A stretch of 64,000 nt of DNA. It comes from an uncultured delta proteobacterium. GTDB lineage: Bacteria > Myxococcota_A > UBA9160 > SMWR01. Positions within the stretch are counted from its first letter, which is position 1, and every line of letters starts with the position of its first letter. A program made the translations under genes and the position numbers. Under the pieces are notes generated by a model, which searched no databases, was not told the origin of the DNA, and saw nothing but the letters and a program-made list of their open reading frames with translations. Location: NCBI GenBank assembly GCA_963832165.1, contig CAWHTE010000007.1, positions 800,001 through 864,000 on the forward strand. Direction: 5' to 3'. Shown in pieces: positions 9,461 to 17,961 of the stretch.

Positions 9461-10945
9461 CTACGGCTCCTGCGTGGGTGGCGGCGCGGCCGCGCGGCGC
9501 TCGAGCGCGGTGGCCATCACCTCGCGCGCCCTCGGGAGGTCGGGATTCAGGTTCAGTGCCGCCTGGCTGTGTCGCAGCGCATCATCGAAACGCCCCGCAC
9601 CCAGATAACAGTAGGCGATTCCCTGCTCCATCATCGCATTGTGCGGCGAGATCTGCAGAGAATGGGCGAAGAGCACGTCCGCATTGCGCCACACGCGCGT
9701 CTGGACGAAGGCCGCCGATCCGAGCGCGAAGAGCGCAGCCGCCACCGACGCCACCGCCACGCCTTGCGCCAGAGGACTCCGCAGCCGAGCCGCGAGCAGC
9801 TCCCAGCCGCCGAACACCATCGCGACGAACAGGCCGATGTGGGCGAGATGCGTGTAGCGATCGGCCATGCCCTGGGTGCCGTACTGCGCGAGCCCGAGCA
9901 CCGGGACGAGCGCGACGAGGAACCAGAGCCAGCCCACGAGCGGATAGCCGCGCCGCCGGTAGCGGACGGCCAGCGCGGTGAGGGCGGCGAGCAGCAGCGC
10001 GCCGAGCAGGATCTGCGCGCCCGTCCACGGCTCGCCGCCGTCGCTCGCGAGATAGGGGTGGGGATAGTGCGACGACAATTGCGCTGGCCACACCGTCTTC
10101 GCGACGTACCACGCCGGAGCGGTGATCGCGTGGACGAGTCGGTCCGCGAGCGGGATCTGCTCGAACGAGATGCGGTTGCCTTCCTGGAAGCTCGCCGTCA
10201 CGAGCAGCACCGCGAGGGCCGCCGCGAAGAACGGGACCTTCTCCGCGAAGAGGCGGACGAGTCCGGCGCGCGGGCCGGGCGGAGCGGAAAGGGCTGGACC
10301 GGGCGCAGCGTTTCCGAAGCGGCGCAGCGGCCAGTAGTCCAGCAGCAGGAACAGCACCGGCAGCGCGACCCAGGTGGCCTTCGAGAGCAGCGCGGCGACC
10401 GCGCACAGAAGCGACGCCGCGTAGGCGCGCAGCGAACCGCGCACGGCGAAGCGCGCGTAGCCGATCAGCGCGAGCAGTCCGAACGCGGCGGAGAGCACGT
10501 CCTTGCGGCTCGCGATCCAGGCCACGGACTCCACGCGCATCGGGTGCAGCGCGAACAGCGCTGCGGCGATCGCGCTGGGCCACAGGGCCCCTGTGAGCAC
10601 GCGCAGCAGCACGTAGACGAGCACGCTGTCGATCGCGTGGAGCGCGGCGTTCGTGGCGTGGAAGGCTCCCGGATCGACACCGAAAAGCGTCGCATCGGCC
10701 ATGAGCGACAGCACCACGAGCGGCGACCAGTTGAACGGCGCCGCGTCCCCGAACGCCGCGCGCGCGCCGTCGAGTCCGATCCCGGCCTTCACCCAGTCGT
10801 TGCGCGTGACGTACTTGTCGTCGTCGAAGAGGCACGCGTCGTCCGATCGAGGCGGGAGCGATATGAAATCGAAACCGAGGGTCTGTCCGTAGACGGCCAG
10901 GGTTGCGATGACGAGCGCCGCCGCGACTGCGAGATCGCGTCTCAT
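9461..10945 (-). CDS. TMTC-like membrane glycosyltransferase (GT-C) with C-terminal TPR
   Basis: DDDKYVT, FALHPMRVESVAWIASRKDVL, MADRYTHL motifs; TPR at the end. Confidence 0.85.
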   Translation of the reverse strand: MRRDLAVAAALVIATLAVYGQTLGFDFISLPPRSDDACLFDDDKYVTRNDWVKAGIGLDGARAAFGDAAPFNWSPLVVLSLMADATLFGVDPGAFHATNAALHAIDSVLVYVLLRVLTGALWPSAIAAALFALHPMRVESVAWIASRKDVLSAAFGLLALIGYARFAVRGSLRAYAASLLCAVAALLSKATWVALPVLFLLLDYWPLRRFGNAAPGPALSAPPGPRAGLVRLFAEKVPFFAAALAVLLVTASFQEGNRISFEQIPLADRLVHAITAPAWYVAKTVWPAQLSSHYPHPYLASDGGEPWTGAQILLGALLLAALTALAVRYRRRGYPLVGWLWFLVALVPVLGLAQYGTQGMADRYTHLAHIGLFVAMVFGGWELLAARLRSPLAQGVAVASVAAALFALGSAAFVQTRVWRNADVLFAHSLQISPHNAMMEQGIAYCYLGAGRFDDALRHSQAALNLNPDLPRAREVMATALERRAAAPPPTQEP

Positions 10946-11005
10946 GCGTGCCGCAGGCTATCTTGGCGCTGCCATGGAGTCACTGGCCGAACCGCGGAGG
11001 CCGAG

Positions 11006-11395
11006 ATGAAGAGCCCGATCGACGCCTGTCACCACGTCGCGATCGTCGTGCGCGACGCAGCGGCGGCACGCGCATTCTACGGCGAGCTGCTCGGGCTCGA
11101 GGAGCTCGAGCGGCCCGCGGACATCCGGGATCGGATCCCGGGCGCCTGGTACCGGATCGGCCCGCTCGAGCTGCACGTGTTCGAGCAGCGGGATTTCTCG
11201 CCGCCCGCGGCCGCGATCGGACCGCACATCGCGCTGCACACCGCCGACTTCGACGGCACCGTCGAGCGGCTGCGCGCGCGCGGCTGCACGTTCGCGTTCG
11301 GCCCCGGGCGGGACGGCGACGGGACCGCGCGCGCGATCGTGCGCGACCCGACCGGCAACGTGGTCGAGATCACCGACGCGGCGCTGCGCGCCTAG
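11006..11395 (+). CDS. VOC/glyoxalase family protein
   Basis: HHVAIVVRD..FYGELLGL..HIAL..RDPTGNVVE; GGAGG RBS. Confidence 0.9.
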   Translation: MKSPIDACHHVAIVVRDAAAARAFYGELLGLEELERPADIRDRIPGAWYRIGPLELHVFEQRDFSPPAAAIGPHIALHTADFDGTVERLRARGCTFAFGPGRDGDGTARAIVRDPTGNVVEITDAALRA

Positions 11396-11428
11396 CGGCG
11401 ATTGCGTCGCCGAGAGGGGGTTCACCGC

Positions 11429-12421
11429 ATGAGCGACAAACCGCTGCGAATCGGAGTCCTCGGCGCCGCCCGGATCACCCCGATGGCGCTGATCCGCCCC
11501 GCGCGCCAGGTGGACGAGGTGAAGGTGGTCGCAGTCGCCGCGCGCAGCCCCGAGCGTGCCGTGGCGTTCGCCGCGCGCCACGGCATCGAGCGCGTCCACG
11601 AGAGCTACGACGCGCTGCTCGCCGACGATGCGATCGACGCGATCTACAACCCGCTCCCGAACGGTCTGCACGCCGAGTGGTCGATCCGCGCGCTCGAGGC
11701 GGGCAAGCACGTGCTGTGCGAGAAGCCGATCGCCTCGAACGCGGCGGAGGCGGAGGAGATGGCCAAGACCGCGGAACGCACGGGTCGCGTGCTCACGGAG
11801 GCGTTCCACTGGCGCTATCACCCGCTCGCGGCGCGCATGCGCGAAGTGGTCGAGACGCAGCTCGGCGAAGTCCGTCACATCGAAGCGATGCTCTGCTTCC
11901 CTCTGCCGTTTTTCAACGATATCCGTTACTCCTGGGAGCTCGCGGGCGGCGCCATGATGGACGCCGGTTGTTACACGGTGAACATGGTGCGATGGCTCGC
12001 GGGCGCCGAGCCCGAGGTGGTGAGCGCGGAGGCTCGGCTCGCGAAGCCGAACGTCGATCGCTACATGCGCGCGGAGCTGCGGCTGCCGGGCGGACGCACG
12101 GCTCGCGTCACCGCGTCGATGTTCTCCGCGCGGCTCTTCGCGATCAAGGCGTGGGCCGTGGGCAGCGGCGGCGAGATGAGCGTATTCAACCCGCTCGCGC
12201 CCCAGTTCTACCACTCGCTCAAGATCGTGAAGCCGGGATCGACCACGCGCGAGCGGATCCGGGGCGACGCGACCTACACCCATCAGCTCCGCGCATTCGC
12301 GGAGCACGTGCGCGGAGGAAAGCCGATGTCGAGCGATGCGCGCGACGGGGTTGCGAACATGCGCGTGATCGACGCGATCTATCGCGCCGCGGGTCTGCCG
12401 CCGCGCGGGACGTCCGCGTGA
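11429..12421 (+). CDS. Gfo/Idh/MocA oxidoreductase
   Basis: IGVLGAARI, GKHVLCEKP, GGAMMDAGCY. Confidence 0.92.
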   Translation: MSDKPLRIGVLGAARITPMALIRPARQVDEVKVVAVAARSPERAVAFAARHGIERVHESYDALLADDAIDAIYNPLPNGLHAEWSIRALEAGKHVLCEKPIASNAAEAEEMAKTAERTGRVLTEAFHWRYHPLAARMREVVETQLGEVRHIEAMLCFPLPFFNDIRYSWELAGGAMMDAGCYTVNMVRWLAGAEPEVVSAEARLAKPNVDRYMRAELRLPGGRTARVTASMFSARLFAIKAWAVGSGGEMSVFNPLAPQFYHSLKIVKPGSTTRERIRGDATYTHQLRAFAEHVRGGKPMSSDARDGVANMRVIDAIYRAAGLPPRGTSA

Positions 12422-13926
12422 CCGCGGCAAGCGCACCGCGCGTCGAGATCGCCACGGGCCGGCTCGAGGGTCGCCGCGCCGAAGGCGTCGATCGCTTCCT
12501 GGGGATTCCGTTCGCGCAGCCGCCCACGGGCGCGCGGCGCTTCCGTCCGCCCGAGCCGGCCGCACCCTGGAGCGGGGTGCGCACGGCCGACGCGTTCGGC
12601 CTCGTGGCGCCGCAGAACGCGCTCGACGCGGGCGCGCTGCCGGGTATGCAGGTGGGCCCGCAGGGCGAGGACTGTCTGTCCCTGAACGTCTACACGCCCG
12701 CGGCCGACGCGGGCCGCCGCCCCGTCATGGTGTGGATCCACGGCGGCGCGTTCATGATCGGCGCGGGGTCGCAGCTGATCTATGACGGCGCAGCGCTCGC
12801 GCGGCGCGGCGACGTCGTGGTGGTGACGATCAACTACCGGATGGGCGCGCTGGGATTCCTCGACCTCGAGACGTGTCTGGGCGGCGAGTTCGCGGGCTCG
12901 GGCAATGTCGGGTTGCTCGATCAGATCGCAGCGCTCGCGTGGGTGCGCGAGAACATCGAGCGCTTCGGCGGCGACCCGCACAACGTCACGATCTTCGGCG
13001 AGTCGGCAGGCGGCATGAGCGTGGGCACGCTGCTCGGGTGCCCGGCGGCGCGCGGTCTGTTCCAGCGCGCGATTCCGCAGAGCGGCGCCGCGCACAACGC
13101 GCACGATCGCGAGACGTCCGCACGCGTGGCCGACTACTTCCTGCGCGCGCTCGGCACACGCGACGCTCGAGCGCTGCGCGATGCACCGGTCGAGCGGATC
13201 CTCGCCGCGCAGCTCCAGTGCTCGCTGCACGTGGGCGAGCTCGGCGTGCTGCTCGCGTTCCAGCCCTGCGCGGGCCATGCCGAGCTGCCCGAGCCCCCGC
13301 TCGCGGCCGTGCGCGCGGGCAGCGCAGCCGGCGTCTCCACGCTGATCGGCACGACGCGCGATGAGTGGCGCTTGTTCGAGTTCCTCGATCCCAGGTTCGG
13401 TTCGATGGACGACGCGGGCTTCCTCGCGCGCGCGGTGCAGCGCGTCGGCGAGGCGGCCCCGGTGCTCACCGACGTCTACCGCAAGGACGCACCCGAAGCG
13501 GCGCCGGTCGACCACTTCTCGGCGTTCGAAACCGACCGCGTGTTCAGGGTGCCCGCGGTGCGCCTCGCGGATGCTCAGGCCGCACACGGGCCGGTGTATG
13601 GCTACGAGTTCGCGTGGCCGTCGCCCGCGCGGCGGGGCGCGCTCGGCGCGTGCCACGCGATCGACATCCCGTTCGTGTTCGGAACGCTCGGCGCGCCCGA
13701 CATGGCCGCGTTCTCGGGCAGCGGCCCGGCGGCCGAGCGCCTGTCGGAAGCGGTGATCGACGCGTGGGCCGCGTTCGCGCGCGGCGGCGATCCCGCGTGC
13801 GCCGCGATCCCGCGCTGGCCGCGCCACGACCCCGCGACGCGCCCGACGCTGATCATCGACCGCGAGTGCCGCGTCGAGATGGCGCCGCGCGACCGCACGC
13901 TGCGCGCGTGGGACGAGCTCCTGTAA
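12418..13926 (+). CDS. Type-B carboxylesterase
   Basis: EDCLSLNV, WIHGGAF, FGESAGG, GACHAIDI. Confidence 0.93.
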   Translation: MTAASAPRVEIATGRLEGRRAEGVDRFLGIPFAQPPTGARRFRPPEPAAPWSGVRTADAFGLVAPQNALDAGALPGMQVGPQGEDCLSLNVYTPAADAGRRPVMVWIHGGAFMIGAGSQLIYDGAALARRGDVVVVTINYRMGALGFLDLETCLGGEFAGSGNVGLLDQIAALAWVRENIERFGGDPHNVTIFGESAGGMSVGTLLGCPAARGLFQRAIPQSGAAHNAHDRETSARVADYFLRALGTRDARALRDAPVERILAAQLQCSLHVGELGVLLAFQPCAGHAELPEPPLAAVRAGSAAGVSTLIGTTRDEWRLFEFLDPRFGSMDDAGFLARAVQRVGEAAPVLTDVYRKDAPEAAPVDHFSAFETDRVFRVPAVRLADAQAAHGPVYGYEFAWPSPARRGALGACHAIDIPFVFGTLGAPDMAAFSGSGPAAERLSEAVIDAWAAFARGGDPACAAIPRWPRHDPATRPTLIIDRECRVEMAPRDRTLRAWDELL

Positions 13927-14208
13927 CGAACCCCTTCCCGCGGGCTTCGCATTTCGGCCCCGGCGCGCCTCGCTCTTCTCACTCGATCCCCAACGTGATC
14001 GCGCTTCCCGTTCGATCCTGGCGCGCCCCCGCAGGTGCGCACCGTCCGGATCTCTTCCCACCGCGAGCGCCGGCGGGGCGCCCGGGGGACGGGCCGAGTT
14101 CTCGCGCCTAACCCCGCGATTTCGCTCATGTGGTCTTCGCCCGCACGCGCGGCGAGTCAGCGTACGCCCGCGCCGGGCTCGCTCCCGCGGGCGCTCATCC
14201 TGGTGAGC

Positions 14209-14230
14209 GAACTGGATTCAAATCCAGTTC
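14209..14230. repeat. AT-rich palindrome GAACTGGATT-CA-AATCCAGTTC (copy 2)
   Basis: Perfect 10-bp arms; matches the copy at 9..29. Confidence 0.8.
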
Positions 14231-14357
14231 ACGGCCGCAACTCCGCGGGTTGTTCGACGACTCGCCCAGGATGGCGACCCGAGGCGACCAAGAAACAATT
14301 ATCCAGCGAAATTTTCGCAGCCTAACTCCCGAACCCGCAGTGCAACTCGGCGAATCT

Positions 14358-14387
14358 CCGACACGTTCCCCGATCGCCCCGTACAAT
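14358..14387 (+). promoter_or_regulatory. Candidate cassette promoter (Pc-like)
   Basis: CCGACA-N18-TACAAT about 50 bp upstream of the attI-like site. Confidence 0.35.
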
Positions 14388-14427
14388 AGGCTGCGAGCTC
14401 TCGCAGTATTCGCTGCATGGGAGCGCA

Positions 14428-14446
14428 AGCTAATAAGTAGTTAGGC
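14428..14446 (+). other. attI-like integron recombination site
   Basis: AGCTAAT-AAGTA-GTTAGGC has the L box / 5-bp spacer / GTTRRRY geometry of attI simple sites; first cassette starts here. Confidence 0.7.
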
Positions 14447-14459
14447 GGCCGAGAAGCGA

Positions 14460-14958
14460 ATGCTCCGTTTCCCAGTCTTCGCCATCGCCCTGTTCTCTGT
14501 TCTGTCATCGCTCGCCCACGCTGCGGAGCCCACGAAGGCGGAGCGGATACTCGTCGAGAAGGCAGCCCCGGCGCCTCACCTTGTTCGCAGCCGGAGGGCC
14601 CATTCGGTCCTACACCGTTTCCCTAGGCGGCAATCCGGAAGGTCCCAAGGAGAGAGAGGGAGACGAACGCACACCGGAGGGGCTCTACTCCATCAATGCT
14701 CGAAACCCCAAGAGTTCCTTCCACCGCTCCCTTCAGATCTCGTATCCCAACCCCAAGGACCAAGCCCGCGCCGCCGCCGCGGGTGTTAACCCCGGGGGCC
14801 TCATCATGATCCACGGCATTCGCAACGGGCTCGGTTGGGTCGGCCGCCTCCATCGATTCCTGGATTGGACGGACGGTTGCATCGCGGTCACCGACACGGA
14901 GATGGATGAAATTTGGGAATTGGTCCAGGTTGGTACTCCAGTAGAGATCAAACCTTGA
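14460..14958 (+). CDS. Cassette 1: L,D-transpeptidase (YkuD-like), one apparent frameshift near 14567
   Basis: Signal peptide and ILVEKA in one frame; GDERTPEGLY, SYPN, GGLIMIHG, WTDGCIAV in the next. Confidence 0.88.
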
Positions 14959-15121
14959 GCAGTCGGCCGCCTAACAAGGGATCATAAGTAGGTCACGTCC
15001 TCGATCGAGGCGCGCTGCATGGGAAGGCAGCATCGAGGCGCGGTGGCGGTCTCCTCCGCTGGGGACATGCTTCGGGTTGAAACACGACCTGGGCATGGAC
15101 GCCCAACGAAGGAGGACCGCA

Positions 15122-16176
15122 ATGGAACGCTATCTCGGAGCCGACGTGCACGCCGCGAGTGTCACGTTCTGCGGGTTGGATGCGTCGGGGAAGCAGATCC
15201 GGCGCGACGTGGTGGAGACGAATGGGAAGGCGCTCGTGGGCTACCTCCAATCGTTCGCGGGGAATCTGCACTTGTGCATCGAGGAAGGCGAGTGGAGCCA
15301 GTGGCTCTACGAGATCCTCTCGCCCCATGTGGACGAGCTCGTCGTGTACCGCGGTGAGTGGAAGCCGGGCCAGAAGAGCGACGCGATCGACGCGCATGGG
15401 CTCGCGGAGAAGCTGCGCACCGGGGGGATCAAGCGGCCGGTGTACAAGGACGCGAAGCTCTTCACGGCGTTGCGCGATCGGGCTCGGACGTACACGATGG
15501 TGACCCGGGACGTGGCGCGGGTGAAGAGTCGACTGAAGAGCTTCTTTCGGTCTCGCGGCCTGCCGTGTGCGGGCGACGCGCTGTACAAGCTCGAGGAACG
15601 GGCGAAGCGTGCGCAGGCGCTGCCGCCGGCGACACGGGAAGCCGTCGAGCTCCTGGGACGCGAGCTCGATCAGCTCGAAGCGCTCAAGGCCGAAGCGGAA
15701 GCGGCGATGCTGCGCGAGTCGCATCGGCATCGGATCGCGCGGATCCTCGAGACTGCGCCCGGGCTCGGTCCGATCCGGGTCGCGCAGATGCTGCCGATCG
15801 TGGTGACCCCGTACCGCTTCCGCACCAAGCGGCAGTTTGGGCCTACTGTGGCTTTGGGGTCGTGATGCGGTCGTCGAGCGACTGGGTGCAGGACCAGGGC
15901 CGATGGGTGAAGGCTCGGGTCGTGCAGACGCGCGGTTTGAACTTCAACCACAACCGGATGCTCAAAGCGATCTTCAAGGGCGCGGCCACGACCGTCGTCG
16001 CGCACTGCGGACCGAATCCGCTGCGCGAGGGCTACGACCGGCAGCTCGAGAACGGCACGAAGCCGAACCTGGCCAAGCTCACGGTGGCGCGGCAGATCGC
16101 CGCGATCGTGCTGGCCATGTGGAAGACACAGGAGGAGTACGACCCCGGGAAGATCCACAATCTCGTCACCCACTGA
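15122..16176 (+). CDS. IS110-family transposase/recombinase (apparent single-base frameshift near 15837)
   Basis: AGGAGG RBS; YLGADVH, CIEEG, KSDAIDA (DEDD residues); APGLGPI; the next frame continues WAYCGFGVVMRSSS..NRMLKAIF..ARQIAAIVLAMWK. Confidence 0.92.
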
Positions 16177-16234
16177 TCGCTCTGCATCGACGGAGCATCG
16201 TCTGCTACAGCGAGATCTGGATCTCCGGGGCACA

Positions 16235-16365
16235 GGGTCGAGGGGAAGCATCCGTGCCAACGCGTGGCCGCGACTGCGGTTGCAGGCCCAATAACAAGGA
16301 TATGCCCCCTCGCAGGACCGAATGAAGCGATGGCCTTCGAGGCCCCGATGGAAGCATGGTTCGCA
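16235..16365 (+). ncRNA. Putative bridge/seek RNA core (two guide-bearing stem-loops); ends approximate
   Basis: TAACAAGG (16292..16299) equals the attC target flank; ATGGAAG (16348..16354) equals the IS end flank; each lies 2 nt after an AGGCCC stem arm. Confidence 0.75.
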
Positions 16366-16492
16366 AGCCCGCACGCTTCACGGCCCGAGGAGAACGCGGA
16401 GGAGGATGGCGGATGGACCCGTACGGTGCCGATCGATCGAATGATGCCTGGACGTTCGACGCCGCTAGGTCGAATAACGGAGTACCATGCTC

Positions 16493-16498
16493 TTGACA
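16493..16498 (+). promoter_or_regulatory. -35 box (TTGACA) of a predicted circle-junction promoter
   Basis: 17 bp from the IS right end; circularisation places GATCAT (14980..14985) at the -10 position. Confidence 0.7.
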
Positions 16499-16638
16499 TC
16501 GCCTACTATGGAAGGCGCTCTAGCTGACCGGCCTGCGTTCTATCGGAATCTGATAGAGTGTGGCAAGGCAGCTCGGGTGGCGTTGCGGAAGGTTCCCGCT
16601 GGCCGCCAGCTGAGCGCCGATCCGTTGGGCGGCGTGAA

Positions 16639-16989
16639 GTGAGCCGAATCGCGAGAGTGCTCTCGATGGTTCTTCTCGCTGCGTGCGCCTGCGGAAATCC
16701 CGCCGGCTTCGCCGACGTCACCCCCGCGTCTCCGATCTTTTCTCGCCCTTCTCTTGATCCGTTTGGGGGGTGGGATTGCGAGCCGGTTGGCGTCGTGACG
16801 GTTCCAGCCCGCAGCGTAGGTTTCACCGACAAGTATTTCGGGTTTGCCGAAGATGAGTTTCACCAGTCAGTGACAACTCAAACAAAGCGGCTCGGGGCGA
16901 TTCTTGTTGTTATGAGCGAAGAAGCTGATCTCGAGGCTATTGCATCGTCGGGCGAGCCTTTCCAGGCTTCCGCCTACCGCTGCAGGTAG
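16639..16989 (+). CDS. Cassette 2: hypothetical lipoprotein
   Basis: GTG start just after R'; hydrophobic leader ending LLAAC/ACAC; stop just before attC2. Confidence 0.7.
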   Translation: MSRIARVLSMVLLAACACGNPAGFADVTPASPIFSRPSLDPFGGWDCEPVGVVTVPARSVGFTDKYFGFAEDEFHQSVTTQTKRLGAILVVMSEEADLEAIASSGEPFQASAYRCR

Positions 16990-17001
16990 GTTTCCCACGC
17001 C

Positions 17002-17158
17002 GCCCAACAAGCGGTTGCAGCTGGCGGCCGCCTGCTTTGGTTGCAGTGCGGCGTCACACGGCCGACGGCCGCCGGCCCGGTGGTTGACGCGCAGCGGCCG
17101 CCGGATTGATACTCGGAGACACGCGGGGCGGCTGTAGCTGAACCGCGATCCGTTGGGC
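17002..17158 (+). other. attC site of cassette 2 (157 bp)
   Basis: R'' GCCCAAC, L'' GCGGTT(G)CAGCT, L' AGCTGAACCGC, R' GTTGGGC. Confidence 0.92.
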
Positions 17159-17178
17159 AGCGAAACTTGGGGTAGTGG

Positions 17179-17460
17179 ATGGCCGAATCGCTCGTCGCGG
17201 GCTTGGAACTCATCCGCGAAATCGCGCGGGCCCTCGCAGATCGACCGTCGTCGAGGGTTGCAGCGATCAGTCGGATTCTGGGAGTGGGATTTTTCTATCT
17301 TGTGCTCGGAGCGCTTGGTGCGCTCGCTCTGGACTTTGGTCCGCCACGACAGGTCGTCGTTGTACTCGTATTTTCCCTACTCGCCGCACTTTCTTGCAGT
17401 CTCGTTTGCCTCCTTTCGCGTTTGCGCTCGAAGACTCGACTCGACCCATCCGGTGATTGA
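17179..17460 (+). CDS. Cassette 3: small two-TM membrane protein, possibly 3'-truncated
   Basis: Two hydrophobic stretches; its stop codon falls inside attC-derived sequence. Confidence 0.55.
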   Translation: MAESLVAGLELIREIARALADRPSSRVAAISRILGVGFFYLVLGALGALALDFGPPRQVVVVLVFSLLAALSCSLVCLLSRLRSKTRLDPSGD

Positions 17461-17531
17461 CGCTCCGCGGCCGCCGGGTTGATACTCGGAGGTACGCGGG
17501 GCGGCCGTAGCTGAGCCGCGACGCGTTGGGC
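17450..17531 (+). other. Truncated attC (right half only)
   Basis: 72/82 identical by manual alignment to 17077..17158; no R''/L'' half upstream. Confidence 0.85.
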
Positions 17532-17544
17532 GACGTGATTCGAG

Positions 17545-17961
17545 ATGAAGACTCATCTGACAGCGCTCACGGCCGTATCCCTCGGTTCGCTCGCTTCAGC
17601 GTGCGCTTCGTCGACCGACGCGCCGATCCACTACTCCCATCCGCCCGCGATCCAGGTCGACTATCCGGATGTAGCGATGCCTACCGTCTCCACCCCAGAC
17701 TTCATGCCGGAGGTCGTCCCCGAAGCGACCGTTCCGCTCAGGACTCCGGACGCACCCGCGTCCACGGCGTTCATTTGTGGTGGCATTACGATCGCGCCAG
17801 CTCCTGAGCTCTACGGCACGACGTGGAGAGTACGCTCGATCTCGAGTACGCGGACATCATCGCAAACGCGTCTCACCGAGGAAGAACGCTACTTCTCGGA
17901 TTGGTACGACGACCTCAAGCAACCAACTGTCATCTTCCACTTGGAACCCGTGTACCGATGA
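17545..17961 (+). CDS. Cassette 4-type hypothetical lipoprotein (no downstream attC seen)
   Basis: ATG 14 bp after R'; MKTHLTALTAVSLGSLASAC leader with lipobox-like Cys. Confidence 0.65.
   Translation: MKTHLTALTAVSLGSLASACASSTDAPIHYSHPPAIQVDYPDVAMPTVSTPDFMPEVVPEATVPLRTPDAPASTAFICGGITIAPAPELYGTTWRVRSISSTRTSSQTRLTEEERYFSDWYDDLKQPTVIFHLEPVYR

Larger units (their letters stand above)
14980..16515 (+). mobile_element. IS110-family (IS1111-like) insertion sequence inserted in attC
   Basis: DEDD transposase; AAGG at both junctions (14976..14979, 16512..16515); imperfect subterminal IRs CATAAGTAGG / CCTACTATG; long 3' non-coding region. Confidence 0.92.
14969..16630 (+). other. attC site of cassette 1 (~126 bp when reconstructed), interrupted by the IS
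   Basis: R'' GCCTAAC 14969..14975; with the IS removed, L'' GGCGCTC(T)AGCTG pairs with L' CAGCTGAGCGCC; R' GTTGGGC 16624..16630. Confidence 0.88.
14440..17961 (+). mobile_element. Integron gene-cassette array without a local integrase (CALIN-like), four cassette-type ORFs
   Basis: GTTRRRY core sites at 14440, 16624, 17152 and 17525; the starts of cassettes 1 and 2 are 13-bp complements of their own attC R'' ends; visibly lower GC than the flanks. Confidence 0.88.

Noticed and set aside
13602..14129. Minus-strand ORF divergent from attI, where intI would be expected
   Set aside because: No tyrosine-recombinase motifs; it mostly overlaps the esterase antisense.
14320..14446. GCCTAAC...GTTAGGC pair as an additional attC
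   Set aside because: Only the 8-bp ends pair and there are no complementary L boxes; the right end fits attI geometry better.
16441..16449. ATGATGCCT, an 8/9 match to the reverse complement of the IS left end, as a donor guide
   Set aside because: It lies outside the two parallel loops and could be chance; not counted as evidence.
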